A stretch of 64,000 nt of DNA from an uncultured virus (IMG/VR IMGVR_UViG_3300035520_000906). Its lineage: Duplodnaviria; Heunggongvirae; Uroviricota; Caudoviricetes. The DNA lies in IMG/VR virus record IMGVR_UViG_3300035520_000906; one strand, given 5' to 3'. The position numbers were made by a program, and so were the translations under genes. Below, in pieces: positions 30,636-39,844 of this stretch (its first letter is position 1; the number at the start of each line of letters is the position of its first letter). Under the pieces are notes generated by a model, which was given only the letters and a program-made list of their open reading frames with translations, was not told the origin of the DNA and made no database searches.

Positions 30636-32636
30636 TTACTGGCCTATCCATTCTAATTTTAAGTTACCTGAATCGTATATCTTCAAAAAATTAAGTTTTT
30701 TCATTATTTCATCTTCATTTAGATTTTCTGTTTCAAGCCAATTTTTTATTAAATCTGTTTTTTGGACTTGGTACTTTGTTAATACTTCTTTTCTATCATA
30801 AGATACCCATACATAATTTGGCTCACTTATTGGTGTAAGTGTTGTCTTGAATCCTAATTTTAAATATTCATTACCTGTAAATTTTGATATGTCTATACAT
30901 ATTACTATTGATTGTGGATTATACTTATCACAAAAATAACTAAATAATTTTTCAAGACCTCCTACTATATCAATATTGAATTTATTACAATATCTTGTTA
31001 TCTCATATTGATATTTATTGTTGTGTTTGAATTTACTAAATGATATTACTGATATAATCTCATTATTATAAAATAATCCTAAGTTTATATCGGCATAGCT
31101 GTAATTTTGTAAACTGTATCTATCCAAGAAGCTCTTTGCACTATCATCACTTATCTCATGTACTTCTGTATCTGTGTCATATATTATTTCTAACTTATCA
31201 TGTATGCAACTCTTTATATGATTACATATCTTTTTCCTCTTATTGTCGTTGTCCCATTCATGCTCAAATACATGAATTAGGTGTATTCCTTGCTTTGCAC
31301 ATGATATTGTTTTTTCTTGATGATAATATTTATCCTTCATATCATCTGAGTGCCAGTAGGTTCCGTTAAACTCTATGGCTAGCTTCTTTTCTGGGATGTA
31401 GATATCAAGTTCCTGACCATTTAGTATTAATCTATCAGATTGTATTATGCTATACTTTGATATACTATTTACATATTCAAATAGTTCAGTCTCTTTATTT
31501 GAAATGTTTGGAGCTATGTCTACAAGGTTTTCTAGTTTATACGTATGTATTGCATTTAATATCACTGATTTACATACGTCTAAGTCTGTTTGTAATTGAT
31601 ATACAGTTGGTTTAGTATTATATTTCTTTAGGTATTCCTCCATTTGTTCTCTGTTTTCCAGTGTATTTATTTGCCACATAGATCTAGGATTGTGTATCCT
31701 ATTTGGAGTTATATCCATGTATCTTTCTAATAATGTCATCTTGGATAATTTCTTAGACATACAACCACATGATTTTGTTGTACCATTGCGTAATGCATGC
31801 CCATATATGTTTTTAATAGTTCCGCATGAGCATTTACACTTCCATTTCATATCTCCTACATACTCTAATACTGTCCACTCACCAAATTGCTGTTCTGCTA
31901 AATCTATAATATTGGCTGAATGACCACATGATGTTGATCTACCTAGTCTTAATGATGACCCAGATACCCTACCTATAGCACCACAGGAACACTTACACTT
32001 CCAATATCCATTGTCTATGTAGTCAATAACCTCCCATTCTCCAAAGTGTTTTCCTTTTAAATCTATAAAATTGTTTGTTGCATGCCCGCAAGATGTTGAT
32101 CTCCCAAGTCTAAGTGACACACCATCAACTATCCTAGTGTTTCCGCAAGAACACTGACATAGCCATTGTTTACTACCTGCATATTTAATAACTGTCCATT
32201 CCCCAAACTTTTCATTGGTTATATCTTTTATACTAGCATATCTGCTTTCATGCCCACATGAAAGTGATTTATGACTTGTTAAGCTATATGTACTTACCTC
32301 TCTTTCTTCTCCGCATGAACATCTACATAGATAATGCTGGTTACCAGTATATTTAAGAACACTCCATTCACCTATTTTTGTTCCTTCTAATTTATTACGC
32401 ATTTTATGACCGCATGATAATGATTTTCCTGATGTTAGAAAGTATTTTTGCATAGCCTTATACGTTCCACAAGAACACCTGCACAGCCATAGCTTATCCC
32501 CAAAATAACCCACAACGTGCCACTCACCAAATTCCTTACCAGTTAAATCATCTTTAATGTATCCGTTTAAGTTTTTAATATATTTTCTGTAGTTATTATC
32601 ATTTATATATGAATAATCTATTTTACTTTTTGGCAT
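30636..32636 (-). CDS. Homing-endonuclease-like protein: 5 Cys repeats plus Vsr/DUF559-like nuclease (paralog of 25180..26916)
   Basis: Five copies of the same repeat; ELDIYIPEKKLAIEFNGTYWH. Confidence 0.8.
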   Translation of the reverse strand: MPKSKIDYSYINDNNYRKYIKNLNGYIKDDLTGKEFGEWHVVGYFGDKLWLCRCSCGTYKAMQKYFLTSGKSLSCGHKMRNKLEGTKIGEWSVLKYTGNQHYLCRCSCGEEREVSTYSLTSHKSLSCGHESRYASIKDITNEKFGEWTVIKYAGSKQWLCQCSCGNTRIVDGVSLRLGRSTSCGHATNNFIDLKGKHFGEWEVIDYIDNGYWKCKCSCGAIGRVSGSSLRLGRSTSCGHSANIIDLAEQQFGEWTVLEYVGDMKWKCKCSCGTIKNIYGHALRNGTTKSCGCMSKKLSKMTLLERYMDITPNRIHNPRSMWQINTLENREQMEEYLKKYNTKPTVYQLQTDLDVCKSVILNAIHTYKLENLVDIAPNISNKETELFEYVNSISKYSIIQSDRLILNGQELDIYIPEKKLAIEFNGTYWHSDDMKDKYYHQEKTISCAKQGIHLIHVFEHEWDNDNKRKKICNHIKSCIHDKLEIIYDTDTEVHEISDDSAKSFLDRYSLQNYSYADINLGLFYNNEIISVISFSKFKHNNKYQYEITRYCNKFNIDIVGGLEKLFSYFCDKYNPQSIVICIDISKFTGNEYLKLGFKTTLTPISEPNYVWVSYDRKEVLTKYQVQKTDLIKNWLETENLNEDEIMKKLNFLKIYDSGNLKLEWIGQ

Positions 32637-32671
32637 ATTTGCTCTCCTTTATTATACTCTATTATGCTAGT

Positions 32672-32731
32672 TTATTCTAATACTTTCCATGCATTAAATT
32701 GTTTTCCTGTTAAGTCATCCTTATAACCCAT
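32672..32731 (-). pseudogene. 19-codon remnant of the Cys-repeat nuclease family
   Basis: AAGGAG RBS then MGYKDDLTGKQFNAWKVLE*, matching the repeat start DDLTGKEFGEW. Confidence 0.7.
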
Positions 32732-32825
32732 GTCTATTCTCCTTTGTACATAAAAATAAACATTACAATGTATTTTTACATACTGTAATGTTTATTTTCT
32801 CGTTGTTTTATATTTAATTCTATTT

Positions 32826-33560
32826 TTAATATAATCCATTTCCATTTAGTGTAAGATTAGTAACCTTAATTACTCCGCCCTTGATTTTATCAATCAATAC
32901 TTCCTTATCAACTGTTCTAATTTCACCCTGTGTATTCTTAATCTCATATGCTACTATTCTATTTCCACTTTTTACCTTTTTGATGCATGTTACTGTTAAT
33001 AATGGTATACCATCATAAATGTTACGTAATGTTCTAAGCTTTGTAGGATCTATTACTGTAGCATTATTCAGCTGTGTATTATATTTCTGTTTGGCATTTT
33101 CTAATACTTCTTGTTTAGCTACTAAAATTTTCTTGCTTTTTTCACTTTTCATGAAGTATTCTTGTCTTTCTAGTGCTTTCTCTAGTAAAGCTGTTCTCTG
33201 TTGAACTGGTATCGTACAAACTGATGCTATTATCCATAGTGTTTGAAACATGTATCCAACAGTACCGTCATCTCTAATATACTTTCTGCTATCATTGATT
33301 TCACGTAAAGCATTTAAAAACTGGTTCTTATCTGTCCACTCTGGTGCTCCGTATGTATCTGCTAATATGCCAAGTACATCATTTACAAGCAGGTCTGGCT
33401 CACCGTATGTTAGTACCATTCTTAGATTGCGATCATTTGTTTTCTTATTCCCGTTTATCAAGTCTGTTAGTAGTACAAACATATCGGATGGTGACTTGTA
33501 TCCACCAAGAGCATCTAATATGTCGTCGTTCTGCATTGGTTTATATCCCCAGAAGCTCAT
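32826..33560 (-). CDS. Hypothetical protein with C-terminal recurrent module
   Basis: C-terminus TVTCIKKVKSGNRIVAYEI...KVTNLTL. Confidence 0.7.
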   Translation of the reverse strand: MSFWGYKPMQNDDILDALGGYKSPSDMFVLLTDLINGNKKTNDRNLRMVLTYGEPDLLVNDVLGILADTYGAPEWTDKNQFLNALREINDSRKYIRDDGTVGYMFQTLWIIASVCTIPVQQRTALLEKALERQEYFMKSEKSKKILVAKQEVLENAKQKYNTQLNNATVIDPTKLRTLRNIYDGIPLLTVTCIKKVKSGNRIVAYEIKNTQGEIRTVDKEVLIDKIKGGVIKVTNLTLNGNGLY

Positions 33561-33638
33561 TTCTTTATCGCCTTTCTACACTAAAATTTAATATATTTTC
33601 TATATATTGTTTTTAATGTATACTTTCTGGTGACTAAT

Positions 33639-34241
33639 TTACATGCCAACAATTTCTGGCATGTTTGGATTATCATTCTCAAGCTGTGTGATAGTTTTGT
33701 ACTGAATATTTGATGCATCAATGTCAATTACCTTTACACCAGAGTCTGTTTTCTTAATAACTTCTGTATTATTGTTAATTACTTTATCTTCTCTACAAAA
33801 CTTATATGATTTCTCATAATCTCTTACAGCACATAGACCTATACTTAATATGATTTCTTTAGGTGCTCCTGCTCTATACTTCTCAACAGCACGGTTCATG
33901 TACTCTGTATACTTCTTATTTTTCTTAGGATTCTGAATCCATCCAGCAAGTGTGCTATTATCTGTTACAAGCATAACATTTGTAATCCCTTGTTTACGCA
34001 TAGCCCCCTGCCATGTATAAATACAATATAATGCATGCTCATATGCTTGAATTGCTGTAATAAACTGATGATTTTCCCATAATGGATATTGTCTTGTTGC
34101 CTGAGCAAGCAGTCTCTTTCCTTCGTAATCTGAGAAAAATGCTACTGCAAAGTATCCAATATCTACCCCTTTAGGTCTCTTAAAACTGAAATGACAATAA
34201 ACTGTTTTTGCTTCCCTGTTATTCATAATACTCTGTTCCAC
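33639..34241 (-). CDS. RNase H-like fold protein, degenerate active site
   Basis: TVYCHFS..GYFAV..TAIQAYEHAL..VMLVTDNSTL pattern of RNase HI. Confidence 0.5.
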   Translation of the reverse strand: MEQSIMNNREAKTVYCHFSFKRPKGVDIGYFAVAFFSDYEGKRLLAQATRQYPLWENHQFITAIQAYEHALYCIYTWQGAMRKQGITNVMLVTDNSTLAGWIQNPKKNKKYTEYMNRAVEKYRAGAPKEIILSIGLCAVRDYEKSYKFCREDKVINNNTEVIKKTDSGVKVIDIDASNIQYKTITQLENDNPNMPEIVGM

Positions 34242-34261
34242 TTTTAGTTTTCCTCCGTAAC

Positions 34262-35125
34262 TTAGAAAATCTGTACCAATGGTTCTACTTTAAATCGTCT
34301 TCCAAATATTCTAACTGATATATCAGTTAATAGGTTCTGTTTTATAGTATTTTCATCTTCGGTTTCTATCATAAATGCTATGTCAGTAGCATTTAGCACA
34401 AGCAGTTTGAAATTTATGTTATACCGAGTTGCATTTTTATATATTGTATTCAGTATAATTGTATTTGCAATTCTACATGAATAGTCTACAATATCTCTGT
34501 ATCCATCCTTACGAAAATCTCTTGATGAGAAGTAATCATGCACCTTCTTTGTTTCATGTGAATAATAAGGTGTCTCATCTATTTTCATTGACTTACTTAG
34601 TTCAAATACTTTATCTCCATTAGCTTTAAACATGTCTGTCAATAATGATGCTTTCTCAATACCAATTATTCCACAGTTCTTTAATAATTCTTCGATTGAG
34701 TTATGTGTCTCTCCAAGGTCTTTGTACATCATTTCAAATGCAATCATATCAGCTAAGTCTGTCATATTCATTTCTATCAGTTTTTCCTTACCACTTATCT
34801 CGATATAATTGCAACTATCTATTCCATAGACTCTTTCATTTATGATGTCCAGTGGATATGAATGAGCTAAGTCATTCTTGACGTTCCAGCACATTTCAAA
34901 GTTAGCTTCATCATCAGTATATTTCATCAGCTTTTCAAGATATTCAAGTATAGCTTTTATATTTGCAATGTCATATCTATTTTTAGTAGATGCTAACATT
35001 GCCTGTAACCTCTCATGATCTTTTGCAATCAATTCTTTGTTAAGTTTAACACTAAATTCATTCATCTTGGAAATCTGATTATACAATGTTCCCAAATCAA
35101 TTTTCTGCTGTATAATCTCAATCAT
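34262..35125 (-). CDS. Possible inactive PolA palm-domain paralog
   Basis: LIEMNMTDLADMI resembles motif A; FKLLVLNATDIAFMIE resembles motif C; catalytic Asp residues absent. Confidence 0.4.
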   Translation of the reverse strand: MIEIIQQKIDLGTLYNQISKMNEFSVKLNKELIAKDHERLQAMLASTKNRYDIANIKAILEYLEKLMKYTDDEANFEMCWNVKNDLAHSYPLDIINERVYGIDSCNYIEISGKEKLIEMNMTDLADMIAFEMMYKDLGETHNSIEELLKNCGIIGIEKASLLTDMFKANGDKVFELSKSMKIDETPYYSHETKKVHDYFSSRDFRKDGYRDIVDYSCRIANTIILNTIYKNATRYNINFKLLVLNATDIAFMIETEDENTIKQNLLTDISVRIFGRRFKVEPLVQIF

Positions 35126-35139
35126 AATTATTCTCCTTT

Positions 35140-35526
35140 TTACTCAAATGAGTCCATATTAATAATCATAGGCTTTGTCTTTTCATATTCCTCTTTGAAG
35201 GAAACAAATCCTCTAAGTACTTCATCGTATTCTTCTTTAGTTGTAATGACACCTGCAAATTGAATGTCAAGCAATCTATCAACTGAGAACGACCTTGCAT
35301 CACCTGCTATCATATCAAATACAGCTATATTACCATTATTGATGTTACATCTAGTATCATGTCCACCAAGTACATTTCCCTGGAAACCATACAATAATGC
35401 AACCGTTGTTAAATTTCTAGTTGCTAACATAATACGTACTTCACCATTCTTTTTTATGAATACTACTAAGGCTGTCTCATAAGTTAATTTGCTATAAATT
35501 TCTGGATATGTCATTGTTACTGCCAT
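35140..35526 (-). CDS. WYL_2/DUF2693-like SH3 beta-barrel protein
   Basis: VVFIKKNGEVRIMLATRN...VFDMIAGDARSFSVDRL. Confidence 0.75.
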   Translation of the reverse strand: MAVTMTYPEIYSKLTYETALVVFIKKNGEVRIMLATRNLTTVALLYGFQGNVLGGHDTRCNINNGNIAVFDMIAGDARSFSVDRLLDIQFAGVITTKEEYDEVLRGFVSFKEEYEKTKPMIINMDSFE

Positions 35527-35691
35527 TAAATTATCTCCTTTTCAACTAAATTTAAAAAACTATTTATTATATTCACTAGTCTATTTACTATACCCTAAAT
35601 TTAAAAATAATTGTTTACTGTTACTTTAAACACTGCACTAGTTCATATACTTATGTAACTAGTCCATTTTTACCAACTAGTACTTTTACAC

Positions 35692-35741
35692 ACAAAATCA
35701 CAAAAACCCTAAATCACTGCTGTGACCTAGGGTTTTTGTGA
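35692..35741 (-). terminator. Intrinsic terminator
   Basis: TCACAAAAACCCTA/TAGGGTTTTTGTGA stem. Confidence 0.65.
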
Positions 35742-35746
35742 GTATT

Positions 35747-36508
35747 TTAAAATAATTCTATAACTCTTTGAATTTTATCTGCCGAGTAAGTGTAATTTCT
35801 AATAACTTCTACAGCTTCTTCTATACCTATAAGTGTTACTGCTCTTGCTATACTGAGCATTGCATCATCATAGTTTGTTTTCTTTTCTATTATTGCTATA
35901 TCTTTCTTAGAAATTCCAAGTATTGTTAATACATCCTTGTATCTGTCTCCCTTATTATTAAGTATAGTCTGTAATCTTACAAACCAAATCTGAAAAATAT
36001 CAGGACCAAATACATATCTTTGGCTTTCATAAGCCTTACATATTGTGTTCAAGTCATAACCAAAATCGTTATAACCAGCTTCACGTTTGTCCGCTATTGT
36101 ATCAAACAGGGACATTTCTTTTCCTTCATCGTCGTTTATAGTATCACGAACTAAGTTTTTCTCAGTATTAAATGAATTTGTAACATATCTTATAACGCAA
36201 TACTTAATACAACTATGAACATATCCCTCTAAAGATACTATGACACCTGCGTTACTAGAACGCTCATATGCCTTTGATACATTGTAATCGTCACATGTAT
36301 ATAGGTAATCTATAATTTCCATGTAAACGTCTTCAATGTCGGTCTTTTGCATTATTTTGTTAAGACCTTTTGCTATTCCTCTAATTGTAGCATTGACTCT
36401 TGTTTTATGAGTCAATACATAATCAATTGTCGATTTAGACCATCCAGCGAGTTGTTTCTCTTCTTCCTTTAGTCCACAATAGACTAAATCTGATAAATTT
36501 ACACTCAT
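35747..36508 (-). CDS. Divergent sigma-70-family-like factor
   Basis: DIEDVYME...DYNVSK...SLEGYVHSCIKYCVIRYV (region 2-like); DEGKEMSLFDTIAD (region 3-like). Confidence 0.6.
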   Translation of the reverse strand: MSVNLSDLVYCGLKEEEKQLAGWSKSTIDYVLTHKTRVNATIRGIAKGLNKIMQKTDIEDVYMEIIDYLYTCDDYNVSKAYERSSNAGVIVSLEGYVHSCIKYCVIRYVTNSFNTEKNLVRDTINDDEGKEMSLFDTIADKREAGYNDFGYDLNTICKAYESQRYVFGPDIFQIWFVRLQTILNNKGDRYKDVLTILGISKKDIAIIEKKTNYDDAMLSIARAVTLIGIEEAVEVIRNYTYSADKIQRVIELF

Positions 36509-36548
36509 TGGAGTCTACCACCTTTTTTAATTTTTACATTTAAAAAGG

Positions 36549-37418
36549 TTAGTATGTCGAAATTATCGCATCAAAGACTGCTCTATTATTTTGTGCAAAT
36601 GTTAAAATATCAACCAAGTTTTGTCCTAACTCTTGATGATACTTAACCAACTCTGGTAGTTCACCGAATACACTTTCTGCTGACTTCTTTTTCTTTGAAC
36701 ACTCTCCCAACATCATTGCGATTTTGTCAATATTTTTTAAGATGTTGACAATCTTGATGTCATGTAAACTACAAATGTCAATACAGTAGTCAATCTGCTC
36801 CCTAATGCTTAATTCTTCTGTAATATCATCAGTTGAATCAGCTGTCGATGCCATTGCAAATGCCTTTTGAAAATCGTCATTTGAATCAGCTACGTCCCCA
36901 CCATCATTGAATGATGCTGCATTAGCAGTCATAAGAATTGGAATCTTACGACTTTCTACCCTTTTTATAAGTTTACGGGTTCCGTCTTTATTCAATACAT
37001 CATTTCCATCCTTGTCTAATACTGTATCGAAGTGAACGTGATTTTCTTTTATGTATCCCCCGGCAGCCTCAATAACACTTGTATGGTATCTTACATTTTT
37101 AGAGTACAGCTTGATTCTTCCGATTACAAACTGCTCTACATTCATGATCCTACATTCAAGTTCTCCCTTTTCGTTGATGTAGCTACCATATTCCATGTTA
37201 AATCCTTCGCCGTTTTCTTCAGAGTCTACCAACGACATATAAACATCGTGTAATAGGTCTCCTGCCTTTTCCTTTACCTCACCATTGCTAACGCTCTTAA
37301 CTATCTTGATGAGGTTTCTGTAATTGTTTACTAAGTAACTGCTAGCCTCTCTGTTAATGTTAGGTTCTATAATACAAGCGTAATTCTGAATGCCTTTAGT
37401 TTCAATGCCTACAAGCAT
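36549..37418 (-). CDS. Second, more divergent sigma-like protein
   Basis: LVNNYRNLIKIV...AGDLLHDVYMSL...EQFVIGRIK (region 2-like). Confidence 0.45.
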   Translation of the reverse strand: MLVGIETKGIQNYACIIEPNINREASSYLVNNYRNLIKIVKSVSNGEVKEKAGDLLHDVYMSLVDSEENGEGFNMEYGSYINEKGELECRIMNVEQFVIGRIKLYSKNVRYHTSVIEAAGGYIKENHVHFDTVLDKDGNDVLNKDGTRKLIKRVESRKIPILMTANAASFNDGGDVADSNDDFQKAFAMASTADSTDDITEELSIREQIDYCIDICSLHDIKIVNILKNIDKIAMMLGECSKKKKSAESVFGELPELVKYHQELGQNLVDILTFAQNNRAVFDAIISTY

Positions 37419-37499
37419 ACTTTAAATTTCCCTCCTGACCCCTTTATTTTTCTAAGAGTATTGCGAATCGAACAACCTCTTAATTAACCTTACTCATAT

Positions 37500-37528
37500 A
37501 TTATACCCAAATATATCCATTCTGTCAA
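37500..37528 (-). promoter_or_regulatory. Consensus sigmaA/70 promoter upstream of the sigma-like pair
   Basis: TTGACA-17 nt-TATAAT. Confidence 0.9.
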
Positions 37529-37655
37529 CTTTTTACCAAATAAAATTTTACAAATTTTTAAAAAAATTTCATAATTTATGCTATTCAGTCAAATCACTAA
37601 TGAAATAAAAAATCACCAACCATGTTAGTCTCCGCATAGTTGATGATCTTATTTC

Positions 37656-38447
37656 TTATAAATCGTACAATCCTAACTGTACTGTTTGTTTTACTGTCTT
37701 AGGTTTACTTGTTGTCTCTTTACTGCTGGAATCAGAATCTTTCTTCACTCTTCCAGCGGATTTCTGTTTTCCTTCAGATGGTGCCTCTAAATCACTTGTG
37801 ACCACCATATATCTGATGCACCCACAGCAATTCATACATTGATGATTTGCACTTGGTAATGCTACATCTGATACTTTACTATAAATACTCATTAGTTCTC
37901 TAGCTTTCACAGCTGTTAAACATGCTAAATCTCCAAATGATAATGGAGAACTACAAACCCCAAACTTACTTTCATTAAGTCTACTACCAGTAAATCTATG
38001 ATTAGTCATACACTGTTTAATGAACTTCTTTGTAGCTACAGTATCAAGTGTGGAAGACTTATCCTTAAACATGAATCTGTCTACATCTTTCTCTGCTACT
38101 GTCTCAAACATATTTAATGTTTCCTGACAGAGTGCTCCATTTGTAACATCTGTATCATTTACTTCAATGTAAATGTACTTTGCAATACTTCCAACCTTTT
38201 CGTTTAATTCATCAAGTATCTTACTTGAATCTTCGCTTAGCTTAATTTCTGCTAAATGTGTTGAAAATGAAAATTGCTGCATCATATTTTTAATGTATTC
38301 ATATTCTGTTTCCTCATATTTATCAAATCTGTATCTGATAAATGGAATTTCTTTCTCCACAGACAATACATTGTCATTTACCTTAATTTTCTTTGCAGAG
38401 TTCATTCCTATATTGTATGTTCCTGTAACTACTATGCTAGAAATCAT
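37656..38447 (-). CDS. Hypothetical protein with Cys cluster and C-terminal QLGLY
   Basis: HQCMNCCGC; ends VQLGLYDL. Confidence 0.75.
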   Translation of the reverse strand: MISSIVVTGTYNIGMNSAKKIKVNDNVLSVEKEIPFIRYRFDKYEETEYEYIKNMMQQFSFSTHLAEIKLSEDSSKILDELNEKVGSIAKYIYIEVNDTDVTNGALCQETLNMFETVAEKDVDRFMFKDKSSTLDTVATKKFIKQCMTNHRFTGSRLNESKFGVCSSPLSFGDLACLTAVKARELMSIYSKVSDVALPSANHQCMNCCGCIRYMVVTSDLEAPSEGKQKSAGRVKKDSDSSSKETTSKPKTVKQTVQLGLYDL

Positions 38448-38792
38448 GACTTTATTTTTCCTTTCTTATCAAAAAATTATTATCCATAATACTAAAATGT
38501 ATAAAACATATGCCATTCACACTAAATTTTCAAAACCCTACTAACTTCCAAAAATCATCAAAAAATTTTAATACTTGATGCCTATACTAAAAATATAATA
38601 ATGATTACTATACTTTTTACCCTATGTAGTTTCAAATCATTCAGAAGTTCAGTATAAAAATTTATTCAAATCAACAACTTACAATTAAAAATTGATATTA
38701 TTGTTTTATGTTGGAACTTAGTTTAATGTTTTTAAATTTTTTATACTGTTTATGGTAATGTTATTATAATTCTGTTTTAATGCTTATGTCTA

Positions 38793-39461
38793 TTATTTTT
38801 TATTGTTACTCTTACTATTTTTATCTGTATACTCAAACACATTTTTTATACTTATCTTAGTTATACAATTCTTATGAATCCCAGTTGATGTATCCTCATA
38901 TACAGTAAATTCTTTTCCACAGTAGCCACATTTATTTATATGATATAGCTCCAAATTCTCTACGTGCTCTTTATTATACAGCTTGTTTAGTACAAATAAT
39001 AAAGAACGTATATCTATTGATTGTGGGCTTATTTTTCCTTTATCACCCTGATTAAACTCAAACTTTTGATTGTTTTTATTAAAATATATTAGTCCACAAT
39101 ATATTTTTTCACTTGCCTTTATCAGACTTGTTAATATGATAAGCTGATTTTCATTACTTGTTGATTTCTTCACATTAAGTATAAATCTAAAATCATCACC
39201 AGTTTTTGTACTGTGCATTATAAACTCACTCTGCCCAGCTAACATAAATTCTAATGCATTTTCTTCAGGTATTTTGCCATCTCTCTTATTCAATGCTTTT
39301 TCATAAAATTTACAATATGCTGCACAGTATCTTCCATCTGTTTCAAATAGTTCTTTTACTTGACTATCTTCACATGTACACATTACTTTGCAATTATCTT
39401 TATTTCCAAATACCAATGATTTATTACATTTTAAACAGTCCTTAGCATTTGCTAAATTCAT
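38793..39461 (-). CDS. DUF6011-like zinc-binding phage protein
   Basis: FMLAGQSEF..STKTG...HINKCGYCGKEFT..STGIHKNC. Confidence 0.6.
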   Translation of the reverse strand: MNLANAKDCLKCNKSLVFGNKDNCKVMCTCEDSQVKELFETDGRYCAAYCKFYEKALNKRDGKIPEENALEFMLAGQSEFIMHSTKTGDDFRFILNVKKSTSNENQLIILTSLIKASEKIYCGLIYFNKNNQKFEFNQGDKGKISPQSIDIRSLLFVLNKLYNKEHVENLELYHINKCGYCGKEFTVYEDTSTGIHKNCITKISIKNVFEYTDKNSKSNNKK

Positions 39462-39824
39462 TTACTTATCCTCTTTTTTGGTTGTTTTCGGTTTTCTAAC
39501 AGTTTGTGACTTTATATCTGACTGTATTATGCCAAAGTTTCTAAGTTGCCTTGCTATTTTCTCTGGATTAGGATATGTTGCTTGTGCCTTACCCATAACT
39601 TCTGGATCTTCAAATGATATTGATACATGAGATGGTAGCTCTTTATATCTGCCCCAATCTGGAACTAATAAGCCAGCACTTATTAAAACTTTTTGCTGTT
39701 TCTCTGTAAACTTCTGTATTCCTCTCTGTCTGTACTTTCTTAATGTTCCATCAGTGTCTATTAAAAGTATTATTCCTGCTGTTACACTAATAGCTGTTAA
39801 GTATATTCTTTCTTGCTTAGCCAT
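39462..39824 (-). CDS. Hypothetical basic protein
   Basis: ORF with GGAGG RBS. Confidence 0.7.
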   Translation of the reverse strand: MAKQERIYLTAISVTAGIILLIDTDGTLRKYRQRGIQKFTEKQQKVLISAGLLVPDWGRYKELPSHVSISFEDPEVMGKAQATYPNPEKIARQLRNFGIIQSDIKSQTVRKPKTTKKEDK

Positions 39825-39844
39825 TTCTCTTTATCCTCCTATGC

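Noticed and set aside
38448..38792. AT-rich gap as a replication origin
   Set aside because: No iterons or DnaA-box cluster were seen; a promoter region is the simpler reading.
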